DNA from: Candidatus Omnitrophota bacterium
Lineage (GTDB): Bacteria > Omnitrophota > Gorgyraeia > Gygaellales > Profunditerraquicolaceae
Direction: 5' to 3'
Assembly (NCBI GenBank): GCA_041662125.1
Contig: JBAZTA010000001.1
Span: forward strand, 195,118 to 259,117
Length of the DNA stretch: 64,000 bases
Position 1 is the stretch's first letter; each line of letters begins with the position of its first letter. Shown here piece after piece: positions 47,298 through 57,646 of the stretch. The notes below the pieces were generated by a model. The model was not told the DNA's origin. It did no database searches and worked only from the letters and a program-made list of their open reading frames with translations. The translations under genes and the position numbers were made by a program.

Positions 47298-48095
47298 TTA
47301 AATTTCTGTCAAGAAATTGACTAAACGCGCAAAATCTTCCAAAGATAACCGTTCAGGCCGAATATTTTTGTCAATGCCATAGTGAACAAAAAATTCAGCA
47401 AGCCTGCTTTCTTCCACCGTATCTCTGAGGCTATTGCGCAAAATCTTTCGTCTCTGTTGAAAAGATGTCCTGATAAGTTTGAACAACAACGCTTCATCTT
47501 TTACCTGAACTGCCGGCTGCTGTCGTATCTCTAATCTGAGCAAGCATGAATCCACCTTCGGCCGCGGATTAAAACATCCCTTTGGTATCATCATTAAAAT
47601 ACGCGGCACCGTAAAATACCGCACAAAACAACTAAAAGAGCCATACAGCTTTGTCCCTGCTTCAGCAACGATCCTTTCGGCAAATTCTTTTTGCACCGTA
47701 ATAAAAATAACACTGATATGCTCACGCGCGGCGAAAAGATGTTCAATTATCGGCGTGGTGATATAATAAGGGATATTCCCGAATACTTTAATTTTGCGGT
47801 TTTTAATCCCGCACTCTAAAGCGATATCCGCTGTTAAGATGTCCTTACCATGAATATGGACATGGCTCTCCCCTTTAAACATATCGGCTAAAACACGCTC
47901 AAGCCGGTGGTCTATCTCAAAAGCGTGGAGTTCTCCAACAGCCGTTGCCAGCAACGCGGTCATGATCCCGGTGCCGGCGCCTATTTCCACAACAGCATCA
48001 AAGGGATCAAAAGCGCAGGTTTTGATTATTTTTCTTTGGATATTCTTATCAACAAGGAAATTCTGGCCTAAACTTTTTTTTGGCTTAATCTGCAT
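47298..48095 (-). CDS. rsmA: 16S rRNA (adenine1518/1519-N6)-dimethyltransferase
   Basis: 265 aa. KKSLGQNFLVDKNI…VVEIGAGTGIMT is the KsgA signature. Confidence 0.85.
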   Translation of the reverse strand: MQIKPKKSLGQNFLVDKNIQRKIIKTCAFDPFDAVVEIGAGTGIMTALLATAVGELHAFEIDHRLERVLADMFKGESHVHIHGKDILTADIALECGIKNRKIKVFGNIPYYITTPIIEHLFAAREHISVIFITVQKEFAERIVAEAGTKLYGSFSCFVRYFTVPRILMMIPKGCFNPRPKVDSCLLRLEIRQQPAVQVKDEALLFKLIRTSFQQRRKILRNSLRDTVEESRLAEFFVHYGIDKNIRPERLSLEDFARLVNFLTEI

Positions 48096-49069
48096 TGTAT
48101 GGCAAGCTGTAGGGCCGCGATTAAAGAACGAGGGTCAGCATTGCCTGTGGCGGCTATACCAAAGGCAGTACCGTGCAAGGGAGAGGTCCGGATAAAGCCA
48201 AGCCCCAAAGTAATGTTAACGCCGCTTGAAGCATCAAGGAGCTTGAGAGGGATCAATGCCTGATCATGGTAACAGGCAATAACACAATCATATTTCTTCG
48301 CATATGCCTGAGCAATAGCGGTATCTGCTGAAACCGGGCCTTTCAAACCAGGCAATTCGTTATGAAGTATTTTTACTGCCGGTGAGATAACATCATTCTC
48401 TTCTCTTCCTAAAAGCCCGTTATCGGAGGCGTGCGGATTCAAACCACAAATGATAATACGCGGTTGCCGGATACCGAATAATTTCTTTAAAGAATCAGCG
48501 GTGACTCGTATAGTATCACAGACCGAATGCTTAACTAAACACTCCGATACGCTTTTAAGCGGAACATGCCTGGTGAGCAAACTGAATCTTAGATATTTAT
48601 TTAACAGCATCATCACGGCATTGCCGGCATGCGTATGGTGCGCGAAATATTCGGTATGCCCTGAATAATGAAATCCCGCCAGATTAATTGCTTCTTTTGA
48701 AATCGGACAGGTCACCAGGCAGTCGATGGTTTGATCCTTTATTAATTCCATAGCCTTATCCAGGTATTCAACCGAAGCTCTGCCATAACCGGCACTAACA
48801 CGGCCGAATGAAAAATTCTTACGCGGGACATTTGCCAGGTCTATGAAGGTAAAATTGCGCGGCGTGCATTGCCTGAAGTTCGATTTGCGGCAAAGTACTT
48901 GAGCTTTATGAAACACACCTTGGTCGCCGATGATCACCAATTCCACAGATGAGTGGACCTGACTCAATGCTAAAGCGATAATAGAAGGCCCGATACCGGA
49001 AGGATCCCCCATCGTAATACCGACTTTAATGGGCCCTCGTTTTTTATTCATAGGTTTAGAAATAGACAT
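48068..49069 (-). CDS. pdxA: 4-hydroxythreonine-4-phosphate dehydrogenase
   Basis: 333 aa. ITMGDPSGIGPSII and HTEYF motifs of PdxA. 3' end overlaps rsmA by 28 nt. Confidence 0.85.
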   Translation of the reverse strand: MSISKPMNKKRGPIKVGITMGDPSGIGPSIIALALSQVHSSVELVIIGDQGVFHKAQVLCRKSNFRQCTPRNFTFIDLANVPRKNFSFGRVSAGYGRASVEYLDKAMELIKDQTIDCLVTCPISKEAINLAGFHYSGHTEYFAHHTHAGNAVMMLLNKYLRFSLLTRHVPLKSVSECLVKHSVCDTIRVTADSLKKLFGIRQPRIIICGLNPHASDNGLLGREENDVISPAVKILHNELPGLKGPVSADTAIAQAYAKKYDCVIACYHDQALIPLKLLDASSGVNITLGLGFIRTSPLHGTAFGIAATGNADPRSLIAALQLAIQCRLSQKKV

Positions 49070-49143
49070 GCGAAAATCAGGAATAATAGTTAAATTTTAA
49101 ATTTTCAAGGTTGCGGATTATTACAACAATACAAGAATCAACC

Positions 49144-50091
49144 TTATAAGATCTTTATGTAGGCCTGTTTTTTCAATCCTTCTACCCATGTGAGGAGTTC
49201 TTCCTGCATTTTCTTCTCGAAAATAAAGCGGTAGATTTCATGCTGAGCCTCTTCAAAGCTCTGCTCTTTCGGCGGGATGATAGTATTTAATTTAAAGACA
49301 TAGAAATAACCTTCACTCTTGACCGGCTGGCTCAGTTCACCTATGGTTAGGTTAAAGACTGCATCTTCAATCTCTTTGCGTAATTCCTGCCCGCCACCTC
49401 TTGCGCTGAGCTTATTAATCTTTACCGGGTATTTAAGCGAAAGGTCGATCAGGCTCTCTCCCGCTGCCAGTTTATTGTGCACTTCCTGAGCAATCTTTTC
49501 ATCCTCAGCTTCAATAGAATCAAACTCACGCTGTTCAGGGAGCTTAAAATCTTTAATATTTTTGTAATAGAAATCGGTAACCTCGCCCGGATTTATATTA
49601 ATCTTAGCGCGCACCTGAGTTTCAACGACTGTATACATAAGCATCTGCTCCCGTATCCTTTTATCCAAATCCGCGGCTACCAGCCCTTGAACGGCCAAAG
49701 AACTCTGAAATTCTGCTTCACTAGTATACCGCTTGCGGATTTCAGATAATTTCTCTTTAACCCTGGTTTCGTCTATTTGAGTGTCTTTCTTCTTGGCTTC
49801 CTGCAAAATAAGCCGGTCCTCGATCAAGCGGTCCAGCAAGTCAGACTTGATCGAAGTGATCTTTTGCTGCACCTGGTCTTCAGGATATTCGCGTGAAAGC
49901 TGCACATAGGTGAAATTAATAAAATCATCCAGGTCTTTTTGAGTTATTATATCGTTATTGACCACCGCGATCATTTTATCAGCGGCGAAAACTTCAAGCG
50001 CCGCTTGCGGGAGAAAGGCAGCAGATCCAAAAACTACGATAAGTAAAGAAAGAACCACCCACACCTGATTTTGAACATTACATTTCTGCAT
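49144..50091 (-). CDS. SurA-like periplasmic chaperone / parvulin-type PPIase
   Basis: Signal peptide MQKCNVQNQVWVVLSLLIVVFGSAA (start trimmed to this Met to avoid overlap with mfd), SurA-N-like domain, and parvulin-like segment SARGGGQELRKEIEDAVFNLTIGELSQPV. Confidence 0.55.
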   Translation of the reverse strand: MQKCNVQNQVWVVLSLLIVVFGSAAFLPQAALEVFAADKMIAVVNNDIITQKDLDDFINFTYVQLSREYPEDQVQQKITSIKSDLLDRLIEDRLILQEAKKKDTQIDETRVKEKLSEIRKRYTSEAEFQSSLAVQGLVAADLDKRIREQMLMYTVVETQVRAKININPGEVTDFYYKNIKDFKLPEQREFDSIEAEDEKIAQEVHNKLAAGESLIDLSLKYPVKINKLSARGGGQELRKEIEDAVFNLTIGELSQPVKSEGYFYVFKLNTIIPPKEQSFEEAQHEIYRFIFEKKMQEELLTWVEGLKKQAYIKIL

Positions 50092-51985
50092 GGTTAAAAA
50101 CCCCTGCTTTCTTAAAGTTGTTAATCGCTTCCCTGAGCAGCCGGCAATACAGGTCAAATCCGACGGCATTAATAAAACCGTGTTGTTGAACGCCCAAAAG
50201 ATTTCCTGCTCCCCGGATTTCCAGGTCTTCCATGGCGATCTTAAACCCGGAACCTAATTGTGCGTACTCAGAAATAGCATGCAACCGTTTATGAGCATCA
50301 CTGCTTAAAACACCATGGCGGGGAACCATAAAATAGGCGTAGGCCGGACGGTTAAACCTGCCAACCCTTCCCCTGAGTTGATGTAAATCTGATACCCCGA
50401 AAGTATGCGCGTTATCAATAATAATGGTATTCACGTTAGGGATATCAATACCCGATTCAATGATCATAGTACATAAAAAAACGTCGATTTCACCCTTCAA
50501 GAGCTCATACATCACCTTTTCCAGGTATTGCGGCGGCATCTGCCCGTGAGCGACCGCAATTACGGTATTTGCCGGAAGCATCTTCGAAAGACGCTCTTTT
50601 ACTTTATCAATATCATGGATACGGTTATGTAAAAAATAAACCTGCCCTTTACGGTGTATTTCCCGCAGTATTGCCTGGCGGATAATATCTTCGTCATATT
50701 CTATCACAATCGTTTTTATAGGCAACCTATTTTCAGGAGGGGTATTAATAACGGAGAAATCTTTTGCGTTCATCAGGCTTAAATATAACGTCCGGGGGAT
50801 AGGGGTGGCCGTTAACGTCAAAACATCGGTGGTCAAACGAAGGGATTTGAGTTTTTCCTTGGCTTTGACGCCGAAACGCTGCTCTTCATCTATGATCACC
50901 AAGCCCAGGTCTTTAAACCTGACATCGTCAGACAATAAACGGTGCGTCCCGATGACAATATCAACCGCTCCCAGGCGCATGGCTTCAACAATCTGTTTTT
51001 GCTGAGCCTGCGTCTTAAACCGGCAGAGCATTTCGACTTTAACGGGAAAATCTTTAAGGCGCTGGGTAAAATTCTGGTAATGCTGTTCAGCCAAGATGGT
51101 CGTCGGTACCAGATACGCCACCTGCTTATTATCCATGACTGCTTTAAAAGCGGCGCGCATCGCCACTTCGGTCTTTCCGTAACCGACATCGCCGCACAAA
51201 AGGCGGTCCATCGGCTTAAGGCTTTCCATATCTTTTTTTACATCACAAACGGCAGTAACCTGGTCCGGGGTCTCTTGATAGGGAAATGTCCGCTCAAATT
51301 CTTTCTGCCACTCTGAATCTGTTGCGAAAGAAAAACCCTGTATCGACAAACGCATCGCTTGCAAAGATAACAGTTCGATCGCCAGCTTTTGTATCCCCTT
51401 CTTTGCGCGCTCTTTTATCCTCAACCATTCTTTACTTCCCAGACGGTAGAGTTTTGGCCGGCGCAGCTGGAAGGCGACATATTTTTGAACCAGGTTCATG
51501 CTATCGACCGGGACAAAAAGCTTCTCCTGGCGGTCGTATTCAATAACAAGATGCTCGAGCATTTTGTCGCGGACTTTGATTTTCTCAAACCCAAGGAACC
51601 TGCCGATCCCGTGCTGGTTATGGACGACATAATCGCCTTTATGTAAATCAAGAAAATTATCCAGGGGGAACGCTTCATTAAAAGCAAAGGTTTTAAAAGA
51701 ATGCAGTTTCTTTACAGGCAGGATAATGACCATCGTATGCGGCCACAGAGGATTACCTTGCGCGGGATTATACGTTTTTATTGACACGATCAAGTCATTA
51801 TCAAGTTCAATACGGATAGGAAGCTCAAACGTATAAGGAAAAATATCTATAAGAGAGCCGCGGCAGGCAAAATCCCCTTCTTCAGAAACAAAATCCTGGC
51901 GCGTATACCCGAATTCAACCAGCAAGCGGGTAATCGTTTCAAAATCAAAGGTAGCGCCAATATTTAGTTTGAGTGATTTAAACAT
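50078..51985 (-). CDS. mfd: Transcription-repair coupling factor Mfd, short form lacking N-terminal UvrB-homology D1a/D2 and C-terminal D7
   Basis: 635 aa. GDFACRGSLIDIFP (UvrB-like D1b/D3), CarD-like RID KGDYVVHNQHGIGRF, helicase motifs LLCGDVGYGKTEVA, DEEQRFGV, and TRG region LEIRGAGNLLGVQQHG. Only 109 nt separate the start from secDF. Confidence 0.7.
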   Translation of the reverse strand: MFKSLKLNIGATFDFETITRLLVEFGYTRQDFVSEEGDFACRGSLIDIFPYTFELPIRIELDNDLIVSIKTYNPAQGNPLWPHTMVIILPVKKLHSFKTFAFNEAFPLDNFLDLHKGDYVVHNQHGIGRFLGFEKIKVRDKMLEHLVIEYDRQEKLFVPVDSMNLVQKYVAFQLRRPKLYRLGSKEWLRIKERAKKGIQKLAIELLSLQAMRLSIQGFSFATDSEWQKEFERTFPYQETPDQVTAVCDVKKDMESLKPMDRLLCGDVGYGKTEVAMRAAFKAVMDNKQVAYLVPTTILAEQHYQNFTQRLKDFPVKVEMLCRFKTQAQQKQIVEAMRLGAVDIVIGTHRLLSDDVRFKDLGLVIIDEEQRFGVKAKEKLKSLRLTTDVLTLTATPIPRTLYLSLMNAKDFSVINTPPENRLPIKTIVIEYDEDIIRQAILREIHRKGQVYFLHNRIHDIDKVKERLSKMLPANTVIAVAHGQMPPQYLEKVMYELLKGEIDVFLCTMIIESGIDIPNVNTIIIDNAHTFGVSDLHQLRGRVGRFNRPAYAYFMVPRHGVLSSDAHKRLHAISEYAQLGSGFKIAMEDLEIRGAGNLLGVQQHGFINAVGFDLYCRLLREAINNFKKAGVFNHAEM

Positions 51986-52039
51986 GATCGTTTAGTTCGT
52001 TAATTTCGTTAAACGATACTGCCAATAAGCAAAAGGACG

Positions 52040-52073
52040 CAAAGGAAATCCTTTGCGTCCTTTTAAAGACGTG
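52040..52073 (-). terminator. Putative terminator after secDF
   Basis: Perfect 14-bp stem AAAGGACGCAAAGG-aaat-CCTTTGCGTCCTTT, followed on the minus strand by TTTTGCTTATT. Confidence 0.35.
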
Positions 52074-52094
52074 GCGTGATACAATGAATATCAG

Positions 52095-54296
52095 TTATTT
52101 CTCACCTTTACGTGCCCACGCTAATACCAACGGTGAGGCGATATAAACGGTAGAATAAACACCGGAAATAAATCCGACAAGTAACGCGAACGCAAAATTA
52201 CTTAAAACTGCTCCTCCATACCATAAAATTGAAACGACGGTCAAAAGCGTAACTCCGGATGTCAAAATAGTCCTGCCTAAACACTGATTTACGCTAAGAT
52301 TGATCTGTTCATACAAACTTTTCTTCGGAAAAAGACGCATATTCTCGCGCACCCGGTCATAAATAACTATCGTATCATTAATAGAGTAGCCGGCAATGGT
52401 CAAGAATGCGGTCACACTCAACAAATCAACCTGCCGTGACGTCAACACCATAAATCCTAATGCTACTAACACGTCATGGAACAATGCGATCACACCCGCC
52501 GCGGCGAAATTAAAATGCTTAAACCGGAAAGCGACATACACTAAAATACCCAGCAATGACCAAAAAAGCGCCCATGACGCTTTCTCTTTTAAATGCTTTC
52601 CAGCGACAGGGCCAACGCGTTCAATCCGTAACATTTGAATATCCTCAGCCGGGAAAGCCTCTTTTAATTTCTGAGTCATTACATTGCTCTTATCCTGGGT
52701 TGTCTTTACCAAAATCACGTTAGGCGTATCATTAAATTGCTGAATTGAAGCATCAGCTAAACCCAGATCTTTTAAGGCCTGGCGTACATGCTCAATGTTT
52801 GGAGAATTTTTAAACTTGTATTCCTGGATTTGACCTCCCGAAAAATCAATGCCAAACGCTTTAGTCCCCTTCTGGAAACACACAGCCAACCCAATCCCAA
52901 CCACCAAAAGCGATATGGCGTAGAAAATCTTTCTTTTGCCGATAAAGTCAAACTTTGTTTCCTTGATCAATTGCAACATCGGCAAAGATTTGATCAAATT
53001 AAAATGCAATAACACCTCAAAGATAACACGGGTAACCACGATTGCCGTGAACATGCTGGCGAGCAAACCGATGGTTAAGGTAACCGCAAAACCTCTAATA
53101 GGCCCGGTCCCGAATTGAAACAATAAAAAAGCGGCAATTAACGTTGTAAAATTAGAATCAAAAATTGCACTGAATGCTTTATGATACCCATTTTGGATTG
53201 CCGCGCGCAAAGTTTTCCCCGTTAACAACTCTTCACGAATACGCTCATTGATAAGGACATTGGCATCAACCGCCATACCCAAAGACAAAACAATACCGGC
53301 AATGCCCGGCAAAGTCAGCGTTGCTGAGATCCCCGGGAATAAAACAGGAAGGATCCCTAATCCCCCCAAAATCATCAACAGGTTACACAAAAGCGCTACA
53401 TCGGATATAACGCCTGCCAAAAGATAATACCCCGCCATAAAAACAAACACTAACGTAATACCGACAAGGCTTGCTTTAATCCCTTTATTGATAGAATCCT
53501 GCCCCAACAAAGGCCCGATAGTCCTTTCTTCTTCAATAATCATAGGAGCGGGAAGCGCGCCAACTCGTAAAACAAGCGCTAAATCCTGAGCTTGCTCAAC
53601 ATCAAATCGCCCTGAAATAACTGCTTCCCCTGAGGGAATAGCTTCTTTAATGTTCGGGGCTGATTGCACTTTCCCATCCAGGACGATCGCCAGCCTCCTG
53701 CCAACATTGGCAGCAGTGATCTCTCCAAACTTCTTAGCGCCTTCAGCGTTAAATTTCAAACCGACCGCTGGTTCATTAAATTGCGAAGAGCTGAAATGCA
53801 CCGAAGCGTCAGTCAAAGCATCACCGGTCAAAACTGCTTGTTTTTCCAGGAGTATCGGCTCATTGTTTTCTTCCGTATATTTCAACTCCAGGCCTTCCGC
53901 AACAGTACCGGCGAGGGCATCTTTGAGTTTCACAGGATCAGCGACAGCGAGTTTAAACTCAAGCATCGCAGTTTTTCCGATAATTTCAATCGCTCGTTCA
54001 CGATCGGTAACACCCGGCAACTGAACAATAACTTCATCATCACCCTGTTTCTGAATAGAAGTCTCTCTGACACCAAATTGGTCTATCCTGTTGCGGATAA
54101 CTTCAACAGCCCTGTCCGCAGCATCAAGTTTTGCTTTCTCAGATAAATGAGATGTATCGACTTTAAGCAAAAGATGCATTCCTCCCTTGAGATCCAGGCC
54201 CAAATTAATTCTCTTATTGACCGGAAAAGCATAAAAAGCACAGGTGCCTACAATAGCGAGAATTAAAACTATCTTACCAATTAACTTACGCTCCAT
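52095..54296 (-). CDS. secDF: Protein translocase subunit SecDF (fused)
   Basis: 733 aa. SecD-type N-terminal part (GLDLKGGMHLLLKVD) and SecF-type C-terminal part (FGIDFSGGQIQEY), 12 TM helices. Confidence 0.85.
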   Translation of the reverse strand: MERKLIGKIVLILAIVGTCAFYAFPVNKRINLGLDLKGGMHLLLKVDTSHLSEKAKLDAADRAVEVIRNRIDQFGVRETSIQKQGDDEVIVQLPGVTDRERAIEIIGKTAMLEFKLAVADPVKLKDALAGTVAEGLELKYTEENNEPILLEKQAVLTGDALTDASVHFSSSQFNEPAVGLKFNAEGAKKFGEITAANVGRRLAIVLDGKVQSAPNIKEAIPSGEAVISGRFDVEQAQDLALVLRVGALPAPMIIEEERTIGPLLGQDSINKGIKASLVGITLVFVFMAGYYLLAGVISDVALLCNLLMILGGLGILPVLFPGISATLTLPGIAGIVLSLGMAVDANVLINERIREELLTGKTLRAAIQNGYHKAFSAIFDSNFTTLIAAFLLFQFGTGPIRGFAVTLTIGLLASMFTAIVVTRVIFEVLLHFNLIKSLPMLQLIKETKFDFIGKRKIFYAISLLVVGIGLAVCFQKGTKAFGIDFSGGQIQEYKFKNSPNIEHVRQALKDLGLADASIQQFNDTPNVILVKTTQDKSNVMTQKLKEAFPAEDIQMLRIERVGPVAGKHLKEKASWALFWSLLGILVYVAFRFKHFNFAAAGVIALFHDVLVALGFMVLTSRQVDLLSVTAFLTIAGYSINDTIVIYDRVRENMRLFPKKSLYEQINLSVNQCLGRTILTSGVTLLTVVSILWYGGAVLSNFAFALLVGFISGVYSTVYIASPLVLAWARKGEK

Positions 54297-54339
54297 AGCA
54301 TATTCCCCTTTATGTTGTAAATTCGATTATCATGGGACA

Positions 54340-54627
54340 TTACACATTTTGCGTCTTCTTGACAAAAGAAACGCAATTCTTTTCAACTTCGATCTTGACG
54401 TTTTCATCAACGCGCATGATCACGGTTTTTTCTTTTACCGTAACGACCGTACCGTGTATCCCGCCGGTAGTAACGACCTCATCATTTTTATTCAAGCTGC
54501 CGATCATTTTCTGCCGCAGATTCTCCTGCTTTTTCTGCGGGCGGATGATAAGAAAATAAAAAATAATGAACAACAGGACCAACGGGACCAGGTTTAAAAT
54601 CGGATTAACCGGTGTTTGCGGTGACAT
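54340..54627 (-). CDS. yajC: Preprotein translocase subunit YajC
   Basis: 95 aa. Single TM, then FLIIRPQKK…TTGGIHGTVV, the YajC signature. Confidence 0.8.
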   Translation of the reverse strand: MSPQTPVNPILNLVPLVLLFIIFYFLIIRPQKKQENLRQKMIGSLNKNDEVVTTGGIHGTVVTVKEKTVIMRVDENVKIEVEKNCVSFVKKTQNV

Positions 54628-54658
54628 AGTTCTCCTCCTCTATAAAAATAAATAGTTA

Positions 54659-54895
54659 TTATTGCGCTTTATCAACAAGCCGTGCGATCGTCTGGGAAAC
54701 CAAGGCTCCCTTGCCTTTCCAGTATTCCAGCCGTTCTTTATCGACCTTGATCGCACCGGTTACCGGGTTATAAAAACCGATCTCTTCAACAAACCTGCTG
54801 TCTCTTCCGGCAGCGCTGTTAAAGACCGAAACGCGAAAATGCGGATTTTTCTTTGGATTTTTACCTATTCTTCTGAGCCTGATACGTACTGCCAT
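54659..54895 (-). CDS. rpsP: 30S ribosomal protein S16
   Basis: 78 aa. MAVRIRLRRIGKNPKKNPHFRVSV…FYNP. Confidence 0.85.
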   Translation of the reverse strand: MAVRIRLRRIGKNPKKNPHFRVSVFNSAAGRDSRFVEEIGFYNPVTGAIKVDKERLEYWKGKGALVSQTIARLVDKAQ

Positions 54896-54957
54896 GATAC
54901 CCTCCCTTTATTTTTTTATAATCACCCAAGCTACTTTAAGTGAAAGCCCGCGCCGTT

Positions 54958-56481
54958 TTAACAACGCAGCGCCTCAAGTAATACCTTGGCCTTATTAACT
55001 GATTCCATATATTCCCGTTCGGGTATAGAATCAGCGACAATACCCGCGCCTGCCTGAACATACGCGACGCCATTTTTAACCAGGATCGTCCGTATGGTAA
55101 TACAAGTATCCATATTATGCGAAAAACTGAAATACCCCACTGCCCCCGCGTAGGTAGCGCGCTTGGCATTCTCTAACTCATCAACGATCTCCATCGCCCT
55201 GATCTTCGGGCTGCCGGAAACAGTGCCGGCAGGAAAACACGCTCGCAAGGCATCATAAACATCCTTGCCTTTTTGTAACTGGCCGCTGACATCACTAACC
55301 AGGTGCATAACGTGGGAATAGCGTTCTACCGCCATAAAGGTATTAACCTTCACCTTACCCTGCTGACAAACCCTGCCTAAATCATTTCTTCCCAGGTCAA
55401 CCAACATTATATGTTCTGCTTTTTCTTTGGCATCCGCTAAAAGCTCTTTTTCTAAAAGAACATCTTCGCTTTCACTCTTGCCGCGCCGGCGAGTCCCGGC
55501 AATAGGCCTGGTCTCGACATACTTATCTTCGCAGCGCACCAGCATTTCCGGAGAAGAACCGATCAAAGTAACCGTATTCAATTTCAAAAAGAACATATAG
55601 GGAGACGGATTGAGGCTGCGCAAGTCCCGGTAAATGTCAAACGGCCCTTTTGAAATCCGGGCCTTAAACCGCTGCGAAAGAACGACCTGAATAATATCTC
55701 CCTTACGGATATATTCTTTGGCTTTATTTACTATACCACAAAACTCAGATTTTTTAAAATTAGATTCTATTGTTATCGCGCGGGCAGGGCTACGCTCTTT
55801 TCTTTCCACTTTAAGCGTTTTCTTGAAATCATCGCTGATAGACTCAATATTTTTAATCGCCCGGCAATAAATCCTCTCTTTTTCATTCAAGGAGAGCTTC
55901 CCGGCCCCCTGAGGCAGAATAATATTTGAAACGATCTTAATGGTATGGTTAACGTGGTCAAAAACCAATAAGGTATCCGTTAAGATAAAAATACAATCCG
56001 GCACTCCCAGGTCATCCGGATTCTTATCCGGGATCTCTTCAAAAAACCGCACCATATCATAACCGATATACCCGACAAACCCTCCGTAAAAACGCGGCAG
56101 CCCTTTAATATCCGCCGCACGGAAATCTTTCATGATCTTCTTGATCTCATCCAAGGGGTCAGTCGCAGTTACATACTGCTCACGTGCTTTTTGCGTTGCC
56201 CCAAAATTGTTTATCTGATTTTTCCCCGCGCCGCGGTATTCAACGCTGATATTTCTGCCTTTACTCTGGAACACCAGGCAGGGGTTACTTCCCAGAAAAG
56301 AAAACCGCGCGATATTCTCCTGGCCTTCCACAGACTCCAGCAAAAACGCGTAGGCATCCTTCTTTATTTTAAGGAAAGACGATACCGGCGTATCCAGGTC
56401 AGCATTGATCTGCTTATAAACAGGGATAATGTTGTACTGTTTCGATAATTGCAAGAATTCTTTTAGTGATGGAGTGTACAT
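54958..56481 (-). CDS. Anthranilate synthase component I family (TrpE/PabB)
   Basis: 507 aa. AFLLESVEG…, C-terminal chorismate-binding motifs GAVGYFSF…ITIRT. Confidence 0.75.
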   Translation of the reverse strand: MYTPSLKEFLQLSKQYNIIPVYKQINADLDTPVSSFLKIKKDAYAFLLESVEGQENIARFSFLGSNPCLVFQSKGRNISVEYRGAGKNQINNFGATQKAREQYVTATDPLDEIKKIMKDFRAADIKGLPRFYGGFVGYIGYDMVRFFEEIPDKNPDDLGVPDCIFILTDTLLVFDHVNHTIKIVSNIILPQGAGKLSLNEKERIYCRAIKNIESISDDFKKTLKVERKERSPARAITIESNFKKSEFCGIVNKAKEYIRKGDIIQVVLSQRFKARISKGPFDIYRDLRSLNPSPYMFFLKLNTVTLIGSSPEMLVRCEDKYVETRPIAGTRRRGKSESEDVLLEKELLADAKEKAEHIMLVDLGRNDLGRVCQQGKVKVNTFMAVERYSHVMHLVSDVSGQLQKGKDVYDALRACFPAGTVSGSPKIRAMEIVDELENAKRATYAGAVGYFSFSHNMDTCITIRTILVKNGVAYVQAGAGIVADSIPEREYMESVNKAKVLLEALRC

Positions 56482-56490
56482 CGTTAATCT

Positions 56491-56841
56491 TTATATTTTA
56501 GTTTTTAGCGCTATTTTTCTAAAAAAACACGAACGGTTTCCGGTGTGGCAGGCAACTCCGATCTGCCGAACCTTGATCAACAAGGCATCCATATCACAAT
56601 CATAGGAAATGGATTTTACAAATTGAAAATTTCCTGAAGTAGCGCCCTTGACCCAATATTCCTTGCGTGAACGGGACCAAAAACAGGTTTTACCAAGTTT
56701 GACCGTCCTCCTGACCGACTCAGCGTTCATATAGGCAACCATTAAGACTTCATGGTCTTTATAATCCTGAATAATAGCCGGGATCAACCCTTTTTCATCA
56801 AATTTAAGCTCTTTAACGTTACATGCCGTTTTCTTCTCCAC
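56491..56841 (-). CDS. hisI: Phosphoribosyl-AMP cyclohydrolase
   Basis: 116 aa. [21 protein letters not shown]…[11 protein letters not shown]…CHTG. Confidence 0.8.
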   Translation of the reverse strand: MEKKTACNVKELKFDEKGLIPAIIQDYKDHEVLMVAYMNAESVRRTVKLGKTCFWSRSRKEYWVKGATSGNFQFVKSISYDCDMDALLIKVRQIGVACHTGNRSCFFRKIALKTKI

Positions 56842-56864
56842 GATTACTCCATCCTCCTCTCAAC

Positions 56865-57635
56865 TCAAAACCTGACTGCTACCCCTTTTTCCTTCAAATA
56901 TTCTTTTACCTGTTTAACGTCTAATTCCTGATAGTGAAAAAGAGATGCCGCTAAACAGGCATCCGCTTTTGCTTTATCAATAACCTCATAAAAATCTGAC
57001 AACTTGCCCGCTCCCCCTGAAGCAATGACCGGGATATTGATTGCTCCAGCCACACTTCTGGTCAAGGCGATATCATAACCGTCTTTTGTCCCGTCAAAAT
57101 CCATACTGGTCAAAAGGATCTCTCCTGCTCCCAGGCAAGCGGCTTGCTTTGCCCAATCCAGCGCGTCAATCCCTGTTGCTGTCCTGCCTCCATTAATATA
57201 TACTTCCCATTTTTCCGCCGGGGCACTGCCGCTGGCCGCCTTAGCGTCAATTGCCACTACGATACATTGGCTTCCAAACCTGGCTGCCGCGTCGCTTATT
57301 AAATCAGGGAATCTTACGGCAGAAGTATTAATTGAAACTTTTTCCGCTCCCGCGTTAAGCAGAGTGCGAATATCAGCAACAGAGCCGATACCGCCGCCCA
57401 CGGTAAAAGGCATGAATATATTTTGGGCGATCCGTTCCACCAGGTCTACTAAAGTCTTACGCTTCTCAAAACTTGCCGTGATATCAAGGAAGACCAACTC
57501 ATCAGAGCCTTGAGCATCATATACTTTAGCAACCTCAACCGGGTCGCCGGCATCCCGCAAGCCTAAGAACTTGACTCCTTTAACAACTCTTCCCTCTTTA
57601 ATGTCCAGGCAGGGAATAATACGCTTAGTAAGCAT
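56865..57635 (-). CDS. hisF: Imidazole glycerol phosphate synthase cyclase subunit
   Basis: 256 aa. [23 protein letters not shown]. Confidence 0.9.
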   Translation of the reverse strand: MLTKRIIPCLDIKEGRVVKGVKFLGLRDAGDPVEVAKVYDAQGSDELVFLDITASFEKRKTLVDLVERIAQNIFMPFTVGGGIGSVADIRTLLNAGAEKVSINTSAVRFPDLISDAAARFGSQCIVVAIDAKAASGSAPAEKWEVYINGGRTATGIDALDWAKQAACLGAGEILLTSMDFDGTKDGYDIALTRSVAGAINIPVIASGGAGKLSDFYEVIDKAKADACLAASLFHYQELDVKQVKEYLKEKGVAVRF

Positions 57636-57646
57636 TCGTCTTTAGA

